From positions 27,956-91,955 of the forward strand of contig MWEK01000002.1 of the NCBI GenBank assembly GCA_002070955.1: a stretch of DNA of 64,000 nucleotides, written 5' to 3'. Positions 34,803 to 43,891 of this stretch are shown piece by piece. The translations under genes were made by a program, and so were the position numbers. Within the stretch, counting starts at the first letter, position 1, and every line of letters begins with the position of its first letter. The notes under the pieces were generated by a model. It did not search any database and was not told the DNA's origin. It worked only from the letters and a program-made list of their open reading frames with translations. The stretch comes from Planctomycetes bacterium ADurb.Bin069 (GTDB lineage Bacteria; Planctomycetota; UBA8108; UBA8890; UBA8898).

Positions 34803-35064
34803 ATCTGCCGGCGATTCTCTCTTCCTGCGCGCCGCTGCGGGCGCGAGCCAAAGCCCCCGGCGCGCTCCGGACAGCCGGGCGCGCCCCGGCCGCGAAGGCG
34901 CGGTCTCCCCACGTTATATCGGAAATCCGCGCGAATCATGCGCAGAGCGCCGCCGTGCGCCGCGCGGATCCATCGCTCCCGGCGCGGCGCGGGTTACCGG
35001 ACCACCGCCTCAAGAAAAGACGGCGGCGGGCGTCGGACGTTGCAGCGCGGGTGTGGATTGCGGG

Positions 35065-35877
35065 CTACCGCTGGAGATACGTCGCGACCTCGCGCCACGT
35101 GGCCTCGGCCTGAGCGCCGAGTTCACGCTCCGCCATGCCCCGCGCGAAGGCGCCGAAGACTCCCTCGACCTGGCGGATCCACGTGTAAAGCTGAACCGTC
35201 AAAACGGGAGGAGCCCCCGCCGCCAGGTGATAGACGTTCATCCCGGCGACGTACTGGCCGGACACGTGGAAGTGGATTTCGACCAGCCAGGCTTCGGTCT
35301 CGGCGGCGCCTCGGCGCAAGTCGGCGAGGGCCAGAATCGTACGGCTCCCGCTCGTGAACACCGTGACGCCGAGCGCGCTTCCCGGATCGCCCGCGAGCAC
35401 GCCAATGCCCGGCGGCGTGTGCTTCCACGCCTCGTCAAGCAGCGCATGCGTTTCACGGAACCGCGCCGGCGCCCCCTGCTGCCAGGCCGCGAGGGCCGCC
35501 ACGGCCGCATCGGGCGCCGTCCCCGCCTTTGCGCAGGCTTCGCGCAACACGGCCGCGGGGTCATCGTCGGAACGGATCTGCCGCGCGTACACGGTGCCGG
35601 ACTGCGCCTCGACCAGGTCGGACCACGCGCCGATCCGAACCGCCGCGGTCTCGAAGGACACGGGCAGCGCGCCCACGGCCTGCGCCGCCGCGATGCCGCC
35701 CGTGTGCGCCGGCAGGGGCGCGACGCGGATCGAGCCTTCGTCCGGTTTCGGCGCGCTCCTGCAGCCGGAGACGAGCGCGAGCGCCGCGAGGGCGGCGGCG
35801 GCCCCTGCGCCTCGGGCTAAGGCGGCTCTTCCGCGCAAACGGCGGATTCCTGCGTCACACACGGATCGCGGCGCCAA
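35065..35877 (-). CDS. hypothetical lipoprotein
   Basis: The track start 35877 is TTG; GTG 35862 is also possible. AAALAALALVSGCRSAP gives a lipobox. I recognise no family. Confidence 0.5.
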   Translation of the reverse strand: MAPRSVCDAGIRRLRGRAALARGAGAAAALAALALVSGCRSAPKPDEGSIRVAPLPAHTGGIAAAQAVGALPVSFETAAVRIGAWSDLVEAQSGTVYARQIRSDDDPAAVLREACAKAGTAPDAAVAALAAWQQGAPARFRETHALLDEAWKHTPPGIGVLAGDPGSALGVTVFTSGSRTILALADLRRGAAETEAWLVEIHFHVSGQYVAGMNVYHLAAGAPPVLTVQLYTWIRQVEGVFGAFARGMAERELGAQAEATWREVATYLQR

Positions 35878-35882
35878 GGCCT

Positions 35883-35972
35883 CTAATACGTCCTCTTTTT
35901 GCCGTGCTTCGGCTTGCGGGTATCGTGCTTGTTGCGCTTGCCCGCTCCGCGGCGGCGTCCTTTCTTGGCCAT
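35883..35972 (-). CDS. 29-aa Arg/Lys-rich microprotein (not in ORF track)
   Basis: My translation: MAKKGRRRGAGKRNKHDTRKPKHGKKRTY then TAG. ATG 35972 follows AGGAGA at 6-nt spacing. Confidence 0.45.
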   Translation of the reverse strand: MAKKGRRRGAGKRNKHDTRKPKHGKKRTY

Positions 35973-36062
35973 TGGGGATCTCCTATACCAGGGGCACGGT
36001 CCGAAACAGGCACCCAGCCTATCACATCTCGGGCCGCGGCAGAAGCCCCGGCCGCGCGGCGC

Positions 36063-38519
36063 TCATTCCCAGCGGACGATGCGCGGCGCGCAGGTCGCGC
36101 GGCGCTCCTCGGCAAGCCCCAGCGCGAGCAGATCGAACACGGCTCCGGAAACCGCGGTCTTCGTGCCGGCGGCCGCCACCGCCGTCACCTTCCACCGGTA
36201 GGCCACGCGCGGCGCGAGCTCGCAGGACTCCGGAAGCGGCGGCACAACCACGGTCTGCGCGGCGGCTCGGCCCGCCGGAACGAAGATCTCCCAGAGCACG
36301 GCCCCGGAGGAGTCGCTGAAGGACACGATGTAAAAGCTCGCTTCCCGCACGCGCCGCCAGCGCAGCGCCTCGCCGCGCTCCGTCAGATCGAGCATGGACG
36401 CCGACGAAGCGGGCGCGATGAGCGCGGGCACGTCGAGAAAGTCGAAGCGCTCAGGCGCCGGCGCGGCGGCGCGCGCATCGACCTTGCAGCGGTACGCGCT
36501 TTCCCCGATCGGGGCCTCGAGTTCGACGACGAGCATGGCCGGCAGGTCCCAGAGGCGCGGGAACTCCGCCTCCGCCGCCACGGCGCCTTCCGCCGCGTCG
36601 AAGCCCAGCTCGGCGGCGCCAAGCTCCGTCGCGAGCGCGCCGGCCGCGCCCGCGGGGCCGAAGAGCAGCGCGCGCTGCCGCGCCGCCGGCGCGGCGCCGA
36701 AAGACGGCGGCGCCGCGCCGCGCGCTTCCACCGCGACTTTCTCGCCGGCCCCCAGCGGCGCCACTTCCAGATCGTGCGCGCCGGGCTCAAGGAGAAAGAG
36801 CGCCCCCGCGGCGTCCAGGGCGCCGCCGGCGCCGGCGACGCCGGCGAAGGCATCGGAATACAGGTTCGAGCGGGAGGTCTCGATTCGCCCTCCGCCCGCG
36901 CGCTCCTTGGAACCCGTGACCCGGACGACGCTTCCCGGATTCGAGGGCGCGAGGTGGAATTCCACGGGCGCGAAGAGCGTGCCGCCGTCCTCGGCCAGCT
37001 TCTCGACGGCCTGACAAGCGCCGGGAGGCGTGATCAACGCCGGCTTCCCGCAGGGGCGCATCGAGACGCCCTCGACGGTGCTGAGCACGTTGTAGGAGGT
37101 CGGGACCAGCGCCGGATGCGCGTTCGCGAACATGATCCACCGTTCGGCGCCGCTCCCGACCCGCACGTTCAAATCGAGGAGACGGGCCCGCGATGTGCCC
37201 GCGGGAATGACGGTGGGCGGATCCGCCCCACCCAGGCCGTCGAACACCATCCCGACGACGATCCACCCCTCGTCGTTGTCAAGCCTGCCATTGACCCAGT
37301 AAAGGGGATTGGACACGAGGGCGGGATTCAACTTCAAGGCGCAAGTGTCAGCGAAGCCCACAAGGTCCTGCCCCACGATTTGGAGCGCCCTCGGATCGAA
37401 CTTGAGCGCGAGCGAGCACGCCACCGTGTCCTCGGCGCAGCTCACGTAGAGCGGAACCGAGACCGTTTCCCCCTCGCCGGCCTCGACCGCCCCGAAGAGG
37501 AGTTCATCGGCGCCCGGCTCCTCGGCCGGCAGCGGCAGCACCGCGCACGCCGCCGTCGCGCCGGCGAAGGAGCGCGCCTTGAGGGCGCGGCCCCCCGCCG
37601 ACACGGAGTAAGCCCCGGGCGCAAGCCCGGACACGACGGCCTTGCCCTCCGCGTCCGTGCGCGTCCGCACCGTCAGCGCGCCCTGCGCCACCACGACGGC
37701 CGTGCCGGCGAAGGGCACGCCCGAGCGCGCATCGATGGTCCACACCGTGACGCGCCCCCCGTGGGCGCCGCCGCTCAGGCCCGGCCGCGGAAGGTCCGCC
37801 TTCAGCGCCGTCTCGCCCGTCACCTCGCCGGTCACGGGGTCGACGGCGACGAGGCCGACCAGACCGTGCGCCGCGGTGTAGATCTGAATGCCGATCACGG
37901 CGCGCGGGCTCCCTCCGGGCATCTCGCCATCGTAGTCGGGGTACTCGTCGTCAAGCCCGAAGCTCGACTCCTCCAGGTGCAGCGTTTGCGCGGGCCGCGT
38001 GGGATCGAGCACGTATAAAAGCTGCGCCGCGTGATCCGCGCCCAGAACGCGCACCGTGCCGCGCGCCGCCACCATGGGCGGCGTGCTTCGCGGCTCCGTC
38101 ACGCCCGATCCGTGAAATCTGAAGGTGTAGTCCGTCGCCTCGATGACGCGTCCGCTCCTCGCGCGGCGCGGGAACACGATCGGGGGTTCGTAGACGCCTT
38201 CCTCGTTCCCGAGGAAAGTGATGGAGTCCTTCGTGAGGGTGAACTCGACGAGCGCCCGCAACCGGAGTTCGCCCGGCCCCGGATACGCGGCGCGCCGGAT
38301 CGGCTTCTCGGACAGCGTGGCCGAAGTCTGGGCAAAACTCTCCGCTCCGCCCGGCCGGCCGACGTGGAACACGCTCAAGCGGTCGGCGGGCGCGGCGATC
38401 GCGGGCCCCGCGCCGTCTCCGCCCCCGCCCCCGCCGCCGCCGCCGCACCCGGGAAGCAGGACCAGCGCCGCCAGCAGCAACGCCGAGACTCCGCACGCCA
38501 CGCGCCGTAAGAATCGCAT
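36063..38519 (-). CDS. large surface lipoprotein with CarboxypepD_reg-like and cohesin-like modules
   Basis: ATG 38519 gives MRFLRRVACGVSALLLAALVLLPGCGGGGGGGGGD. GVPFAGTAVVVAQGALTVRTRTDAEGKAVVSGLAPGAYSV fits CarboxypepD_reg. ETVSVPLYVSCAEDTVACSLALKFDPRALQIVG...GWIVVGMVFDG is cohesin-like. Confidence 0.7.
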   Translation of the reverse strand: MRFLRRVACGVSALLLAALVLLPGCGGGGGGGGGDGAGPAIAAPADRLSVFHVGRPGGAESFAQTSATLSEKPIRRAAYPGPGELRLRALVEFTLTKDSITFLGNEEGVYEPPIVFPRRARSGRVIEATDYTFRFHGSGVTEPRSTPPMVAARGTVRVLGADHAAQLLYVLDPTRPAQTLHLEESSFGLDDEYPDYDGEMPGGSPRAVIGIQIYTAAHGLVGLVAVDPVTGEVTGETALKADLPRPGLSGGAHGGRVTVWTIDARSGVPFAGTAVVVAQGALTVRTRTDAEGKAVVSGLAPGAYSVSAGGRALKARSFAGATAACAVLPLPAEEPGADELLFGAVEAGEGETVSVPLYVSCAEDTVACSLALKFDPRALQIVGQDLVGFADTCALKLNPALVSNPLYWVNGRLDNDEGWIVVGMVFDGLGGADPPTVIPAGTSRARLLDLNVRVGSGAERWIMFANAHPALVPTSYNVLSTVEGVSMRPCGKPALITPPGACQAVEKLAEDGGTLFAPVEFHLAPSNPGSVVRVTGSKERAGGGRIETSRSNLYSDAFAGVAGAGGALDAAGALFLLEPGAHDLEVAPLGAGEKVAVEARGAAPPSFGAAPAARQRALLFGPAGAAGALATELGAAELGFDAAEGAVAAEAEFPRLWDLPAMLVVELEAPIGESAYRCKVDARAAAPAPERFDFLDVPALIAPASSASMLDLTERGEALRWRRVREASFYIVSFSDSSGAVLWEIFVPAGRAAAQTVVVPPLPESCELAPRVAYRWKVTAVAAAGTKTAVSGAVFDLLALGLAEERRATCAPRIVRWE

Positions 38520-38589
38520 TGGAACCACTCCCTGTCAACTCGTCTCGTTTCCGACTCGGTTCTCACCGATTGTAGGCGGTCTTTCGTTG

Positions 38590-39470
38590 CACCACCATGA
38601 GTGATCGGATAAGGAGTCGTAAGGCCTTGATTTTGAAGCGGCTTGAAATAGGCCGCTCTTCGGGTTGTCCTTCCTCAATACGAACAAAAGGAGTAGTGAA
38701 AAGAATGGCCCGCAAGAAGTTTATCGGGAATCGTTTGAACTAAAAACACCTCGTCAGCGCCAAGCGCCTTTCGAGCGCGGCTCGGGAAACCGGGTTCGTG
38801 AAACGCCGGCGCAGGGTCGACCCCGCGAAGTTCTTCCGGACGTTGCTCTTGGGATACTTCTGCCGGCCTGTCCATGCCGGCGTTCAATCCTCCGATCGTC
38901 GACGTTGCCGCCTTGCCGCGATTCGCGCCGAGGAGACGAGACAGCATCGCGTCTGCGCCGCGAACCTCCCTGTGGACGGGATCCCCGCCGCCGGCATCGG
39001 CGCGCTCTATCGCGGGCGGCGGGCCGTCGAACCGGCCTTCAAGCGCTGGAAGAGCGCCTTCCTCTCGGCGGCGACACCCGGTCGAAAGAGGCTCATCGTC
39101 GAGGCGAAGATCCATGCGAGCGTTCTCCCGCTCATGGCCGGCAAGCGGCGGTTCGTCGCCACCCGCGAGAAACTCCGGCGGGAACGGCGGCGTCTCAACG
39201 CGTGCCGTCGGACTCGATCGATGCACACGTTCGCCGATCATCTTCCTCGCCTCGTCAACTGCGCTTCCCGCCGCGCCGGGGACATCGAGCGCCGCTTGGA
39301 ACCGCCGCTTCTTGTCGCGATTCTCGGCCCGCATCTTCGCCGGCCGGGCCTTCGCGCCCGGGCGCGGAATGCGCTGACTTGCCCCACGGCCCGAGCCCCT
39401 GGAAAAGCGACGTCATAAAGACCAATTCTGCAATGTCTTACGAGCTCTTGGCCGCGGTCGTGTGAGTGTA
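38590..39470 (+). mobile_element. decayed IS4-family-like insertion sequence remnant
   Basis: Locally lower GC and a transposase pseudogene inside. A weak terminal similarity exists between GAGTCGTAAGG (left, about 38612) and the reverse complement GAGCTCGTAAG (right, about 39440). The boundaries are approximate. Confidence 0.45.
38705..39418 (+). pseudogene. IS4-like DDE transposase pseudogene (in-frame stop, catalytic core deleted)
   Basis: Reading frame MARKKFIGNRLN-TAA-KHLVSAKRLSSAARETGFVKRRRRVDPAKFFRTLLLGY.... It jumps within about 70 aa to the C-terminal signature IGALYRGRRAVEPAFKRWKS (compare YRxRWxIExxFKxLK). The DDE core between them is missing. Confidence 0.6.
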
Positions 39471-39569
39471 CCACAATAACCGTCCGGCCACTACGCCCGG
39501 ATCCGAGCGCCCCTCCCCGCGCCGCTCGGGCACTTGCGGCGGCCTCCCCGACGACGCATTCTTGACGGC

Positions 39570-40361
39570 ATGGTTATCCGTCTCATCGCCGCCGATTTCG
39601 ACGAGACGCTCAGCGAGCGCCTCGGCATCGTGCTCCCCGAGGTGCTCGCCGCGATCCGCGCCCACGTCGCCCGGGGCGGCGCCTTCCTGCTGGCGTCGGG
39701 GCGCATCACCGCGTCGATCGAGAAGATCGCCGCCGCCTGGGATATCCCCTGCCACCTCGCCGCGGCCAACGGCACGGTGATCGAAGCCTGGCCGGAGCGG
39801 CGGCGCCTGCGCGCCCTCGAGCTCGCGCCGGACATCGTGCGCCGGGCCCTCGCGCTGGGCGCGGGGCGGGGCGAAGCGCATCTCTTCTTCGATGGGTGCT
39901 TCCACGCCCGCGCGTCTCCCGAGGTGGAGCGTTACAGCCGGATTCTCGACGTTCCGTTCGTGCATGCCGGCGATCTAGCCGCGCGGGCGGCGCCGGGAGC
40001 ACGCTCCGTGATCTGGCGCTGCGATGCGCGCGAAACGCCGGTTCTCAGGGCCGCCCTTGCGGACGCCTTCGACGGCGAAGCCTACGTGACCGCTTCGCAC
40101 GCCTGCCTGGTGGACTGCAATCCCCGGGGCGCGGGCAAGGACCGCGCCCTGGCCTGCGTCCAGAAAGCCCTCGGCATCGCGCCCGGCGAGACACTCGGCC
40201 TCGGAGACTCCCCCAACGATTTGGGGCTTTTCGCGCACGCGGCCTTTCGCGGCGCCCCGGCCAATGCGCACCCCGAGCTCAAGGCGCAGGCGACCTTCGT
40301 GGCGGACGAACCGTACGGCCGCGGCGCGCTCGCCTGTCTGGCCCGCTACGGACTCTTATAG
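39570..40361 (+). CDS. HAD-superfamily hydrolase, Cof/IIB-like
   Basis: ATG 39570. Motif I is IAADFDETL, and motif IV is LGLGDSPNDLGLF. Typical Cof-type length of 263 aa. Confidence 0.75.
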   Translation: MVIRLIAADFDETLSERLGIVLPEVLAAIRAHVARGGAFLLASGRITASIEKIAAAWDIPCHLAAANGTVIEAWPERRRLRALELAPDIVRRALALGAGRGEAHLFFDGCFHARASPEVERYSRILDVPFVHAGDLAARAAPGARSVIWRCDARETPVLRAALADAFDGEAYVTASHACLVDCNPRGAGKDRALACVQKALGIAPGETLGLGDSPNDLGLFAHAAFRGAPANAHPELKAQATFVADEPYGRGALACLARYGLL

Positions 40362-40550
40362 GAAAACCGCCCCGGACGGCGGCTTCGCGGGCCCCGGCCT
40401 GCTTCCCTCCCTGCTTCCAGCCCGGCGGCGGCCGCCGCCGAAACCTCGGCAGCGGAGGGTTTGCGCGCCGCCGCTCCGGTGAGACCGGGAGATCGGATCC
40501 CGCACAGTGTGTCAAAACTCTTGACGCCGCGCACCGCTCCAATCCGCGTC

Positions 40551-40579
40551 TTGGAGAGCTAACTCCGTTCTCAATAATG
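40551..40579 (+). promoter_or_regulatory. candidate sigma70 promoter of the small-ORF/actin-like pair
   Basis: TTGGAG (40551-40556), 17 nt spacer, ATAATG (40574-40579), about 50 nt upstream of ATG 40631. Confidence 0.4.
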
Positions 40580-40630
40580 ATTTCCGGCGTAGGAACAGCG
40601 TTTGCACACTCACCCCGCAAGGAGGTCGCC

Positions 40631-40987
40631 ATGCATAACTTCGACGCAGTGTTGGTGTCCTCGCTCGACCGGCTGCAGGCGGCGGGCGTCAGCAGGATCG
40701 AGCTCCTGCGCTCAAACGGCGTTCGCTCGCTCCTGAGATCCGAGCTGCGCCGCCGGCTCACGCTGGACGAAGCGGCTGACTCCGAACTCCTCGACGCGTT
40801 GACCGTTCAATCGCTGCGGGAGTTCAAGGCGTTGCTCCAAGAATGCCTTGCAGGCGGCCGCGGCGTGGCGGGCCTCCTTCCCGAGCGGACATTCGCGCGC
40901 TCCTCGGAATGCGCGCCGTACGGCGACGGAGTCTTCGTGATCCACGACGACCAGCCGCCGTCAGGGGAGAACGACGGCCGACGCTGA
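40631..40987 (+). CDS. hypothetical 118-aa protein
   Basis: ATG 40631 follows AAGGAGG. Helical N-terminal part (LDRLQAAGVSRIELLRSNGVRSLLRSELRRRL). No family recognised. The rest of track ORF 39896..40987 is shadow. Confidence 0.5.
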   Translation: MHNFDAVLVSSLDRLQAAGVSRIELLRSNGVRSLLRSELRRRLTLDEAADSELLDALTVQSLREFKALLQECLAGGRGVAGLLPERTFARSSECAPYGDGVFVIHDDQPPSGENDGRR

Positions 40988-41024
40988 GCGGGATACGCCC
41001 GCTGCGATCATGGAGGAACGACCC

Positions 41025-42017
41025 ATGGCGCAATCGACGGCACCTCTTCGCGTGAGCATCGACCTCGGCTCCTCCGCCACGCGCATGTGCTTCGGCGACG
41101 CCGCCGCCAGCGAGGTGCGGTTCCACAGCACCGTCTTCGCGCCATCGGACGCTCCCGACACTTACGTCCTCGGCGAGGAGGTCTTCCGGCGCCGTCTGAC
41201 GCCCATCGAGCCCTTGCCGGCGGGACACCCCTCGGAGCAGGAATGCGCCATCTTCCTGCGGCTGCTCCGCGCCATCGCGGGCGAAGAGGGTCGCCCGGCC
41301 TGGGCCGTGCTCAGCTCGCCGTCGTCGGGCAGCGCCGATGCCTCCGAGCTTCTCGCGCGCATCGCCGGCCGCGCCTTCGACGGCGCGCTCGTCATTCCGG
41401 GGCTCACGCTGGCGACTTTCGTCCTGAAGGATGTCTTGACGCCGGATAGAGGTTTCACCTTGATCGGCGTCGGATCCACGAGCATCCAGATCGCCCTCGT
41501 CGAGCAATCGATGCGCGAGCCGGGCGAGATCGTGCACATCTCGGGAGGCACCGCCTCCCTGGACGGGCTTCTCCGGGAGGAACTCCGCGCGCTCGTCCCG
41601 GACATCGACATCAGCGACCGCATGCTCGGGAACTTGCGCCGCAAGTACGCGCGCTTCGCGCGCTCCCAGGGCGCCTGTTTGGTCCAAGTCATCCGGCGGA
41701 ACCATCGCCGAATCCTCGACATCGGGCCGGCCATGGAGCGCAGCACGGCCCCGCTCATCGACAATCTCGTGGCCGCGACGCTGCACGTCCTCGGCAGGAG
41801 CCCCGGAGCCGCGGCGGCTTACGGCGCCGACATCGTCCTCACGGGCGGCGGGGCGCAGATTCCCGGCATCGCGGATGCCCTGCTGGCCGCGCTCGCGGCG
41901 CACGACCTGCCCGTCGAGAACGTGATCGTCCCCGACCATGCCGGCGAACTCGTCATGCGCGGGGGCTTCAAGGTGGCGCTCATGCTCACGTCGGAGCACT
42001 GGGACGTGTTGGTCTGA
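41025..42017 (+). CDS. divergent actin-fold (MreB/ParM/PilM-like) ATPase
   Basis: ATG 41025 has GGAGGA 7 nt upstream (alternative ATG 41010). Phosphate-1-like VSIDLGSSATRMCFG, phosphate-2-like TLIGVGSTSIQIALV, adenosine-like DIVLTGGGAQIPGIADAL. About 330 aa. Confidence 0.6.
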   Translation: MAQSTAPLRVSIDLGSSATRMCFGDAAASEVRFHSTVFAPSDAPDTYVLGEEVFRRRLTPIEPLPAGHPSEQECAIFLRLLRAIAGEEGRPAWAVLSSPSSGSADASELLARIAGRAFDGALVIPGLTLATFVLKDVLTPDRGFTLIGVGSTSIQIALVEQSMREPGEIVHISGGTASLDGLLREELRALVPDIDISDRMLGNLRRKYARFARSQGACLVQVIRRNHRRILDIGPAMERSTAPLIDNLVAATLHVLGRSPGAAAAYGADIVLTGGGAQIPGIADALLAALAAHDLPVENVIVPDHAGELVMRGGFKVALMLTSEHWDVLV

Positions 42018-42049
42018 CCCGACCGGGCGGCGCGCCGCCCGGCTCCGCA

Positions 42050-43753
42050 TCATTTCGGCCGGTATCGGTTCGTGATAGGCATGCGCCGCTCGCGTCCGAA
42101 AGCGCGCGGCGCGATCTTGATCCCGGGGGCGCTCTGGCGGCGTTTGTACTCGCTGCCGTCGACGAGGCGGATCACTTTCGCGACCGCCGCGGGATCGAAA
42201 CCCTCGGCGACAATGGCCTCCAACGCCATGTCCTTCTCCACGTAACGCTCCAGGATCGGGTCGAGAATCTCGTAGGGAGGCAGGCTGTCGGAGTCCCTTT
42301 GGTTCGGCCGCAGCTCGGCGCTCGGCGGCCGGTCGATGATCGACCTGGGGATCGCTTCGTCGCCGCCGCACGCGTTGCGCCAGTCCGCCAGCTCGTAGAC
42401 CAACGACTTGGGAACATCCTTGATCACGGCGAACCCGCCCGCCATGTCGCCGTACAGGGTGCAGTATCCCGTCGCCAGTTCGCTCTTGTTGCCCGTCGTC
42501 AGGACGAGCCACCCGAATTTGTTGGAGAACGCCATGACGATGACGCCCCGCAGGCGCGCCTGGAGGTTCTCCTCGGTGACATCAGGTCCGCGCTCCCCCC
42601 AAAACGGCGCCAGCCGGCCCGCGAGCGCCGCGTACAGCTCCTGGATCGGCACGGTGTGAAGCTCGAAGCCCAGGCGCCGCGCCAGCTCCACGGCATCGCC
42701 CAGCGTGTCCGCCGAGGAATACTGCGACGGCATGGTCACGCCGACGACCCGCGCGGCCCCCAGCGCGTCGACGGCGACGGCCGCGACGAGCGCCGAATCG
42801 AGGCCGCCGCTCACGGCGATGACGGCGCGCGCGAAACCGTTCTTGTCCACGTAGTCCCGCAGTCCGAGAACCAGCGCGCGGTACACCTCCTCGGCATCCG
42901 GAAGCTGCGGCGCAATTCGCGCGGCCGCCGCCCAGGCCGGGGCTTCCCCCGCCGCAAGCTTGAGCGACGCTTGGTCCCAGGCGGGCGGCGGCGGGAGCGG
43001 CGGGCCGGGCGGAGCGAGGCGCGGCACCGCCGCGCAGAGGATCTCCTCCTCGAACTGAGCCGCGCGGGCGATTACGCCGCCGCCGGCGCCGAGCACCACG
43101 CTCCCGCCGTCGAAAACGAGTTCATCCTGCCCCCCCACGAGGTTGCAGCACGCGACCTGCGTGCCGAGAAAGGCGCCCATGCGGCGCAGGGCCGCCTCGC
43201 GCTCCGCCGCCTTGCCCCGGTGGTACGGCGAGGCCGCCAGGTTGACGAGGAGATCGAGCCCGGCGCGCTCCAGCGGCGCCGCGGCGCATTCGCCCGCCGC
43301 CCGGGAATCCTCGCCGATGTGGACGCCGACCCTGAAACCGCCCAGCGCCAGCACCAGCGGGCGCCTGCCCGCCGCGAAGACGCGCTGCTCGTCGAAGACG
43401 CCGCCTGTGAGCAGCATCTTCCGGTACACCGCCGCGCGGGCGCCGTCGGCGTACACGCAGGCCGCGCTGAAGGCGGCGCCGGGGCCCGCGCACGGGCTCC
43501 CGACGATCGTCGCCGCGCCGCGGGGCAGCAGGGGGCCCAGCGCCGCCAGCTTCGCCTCGCAGGCACCCAGGAAGTGCGGCTTGAGCACGAGATCCTCGGG
43601 CGGACAGCCGGAGAGCGCCAGCTCCGGGAACACGATGAGCGCCGCGCCGCGGCGCGCGGCCTCGGCGGCGGCGGCGGCGATCTTCGCGGCGTTCCCGTCG
43701 AGATCGCCCACCGTGGCGTTGATTTGCGCGAGAGCGACGACAAGCTCGTCCAT
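42050..43753 (-). CDS. nadE: glutamine-dependent NAD+ synthetase
   Basis: N-terminal CN-hydrolase domain (ALIVFPELALSGCPPEDL). C-terminal PP-loop synthetase (AVSGGLDSALVA...GNKSELATGYCTLYGDMAGG). Start moved to ATG 43753. Confidence 0.9.
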   Translation of the reverse strand: MDELVVALAQINATVGDLDGNAAKIAAAAAEAARRGAALIVFPELALSGCPPEDLVLKPHFLGACEAKLAALGPLLPRGAATIVGSPCAGPGAAFSAACVYADGARAAVYRKMLLTGGVFDEQRVFAAGRRPLVLALGGFRVGVHIGEDSRAAGECAAAPLERAGLDLLVNLAASPYHRGKAAEREAALRRMGAFLGTQVACCNLVGGQDELVFDGGSVVLGAGGGVIARAAQFEEEILCAAVPRLAPPGPPLPPPPAWDQASLKLAAGEAPAWAAAARIAPQLPDAEEVYRALVLGLRDYVDKNGFARAVIAVSGGLDSALVAAVAVDALGAARVVGVTMPSQYSSADTLGDAVELARRLGFELHTVPIQELYAALAGRLAPFWGERGPDVTEENLQARLRGVIVMAFSNKFGWLVLTTGNKSELATGYCTLYGDMAGGFAVIKDVPKSLVYELADWRNACGGDEAIPRSIIDRPPSAELRPNQRDSDSLPPYEILDPILERYVEKDMALEAIVAEGFDPAAVAKVIRLVDGSEYKRRQSAPGIKIAPRAFGRERRMPITNRYRPK

Positions 43754-43891
43754 GAGAAAGAATGTAGCACGGCCGGAGGGGAACAAAAAGGCTCGAAGCG
43801 GCGGCGCCCGCCGCCCCGGTCTCCGGGCGGAAGGGCGCGGCGCTGGAGCGGCCGGGCGGTTCCGCATTTACCGCGACAGCCGTTGCTTGAC

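Noticed and set aside
38400-38440. Homopolymer-like C/G-rich tracts (Gly9 coding at about 38412-38438; polyproline coding at 5690-5756) as phase-variation switches.
   Set aside because: They are triplet-degenerate codon runs (gcc/ccc/ccg mixtures), not pure homopolymers. They sit in linker regions and are more likely simple low-complexity linkers.
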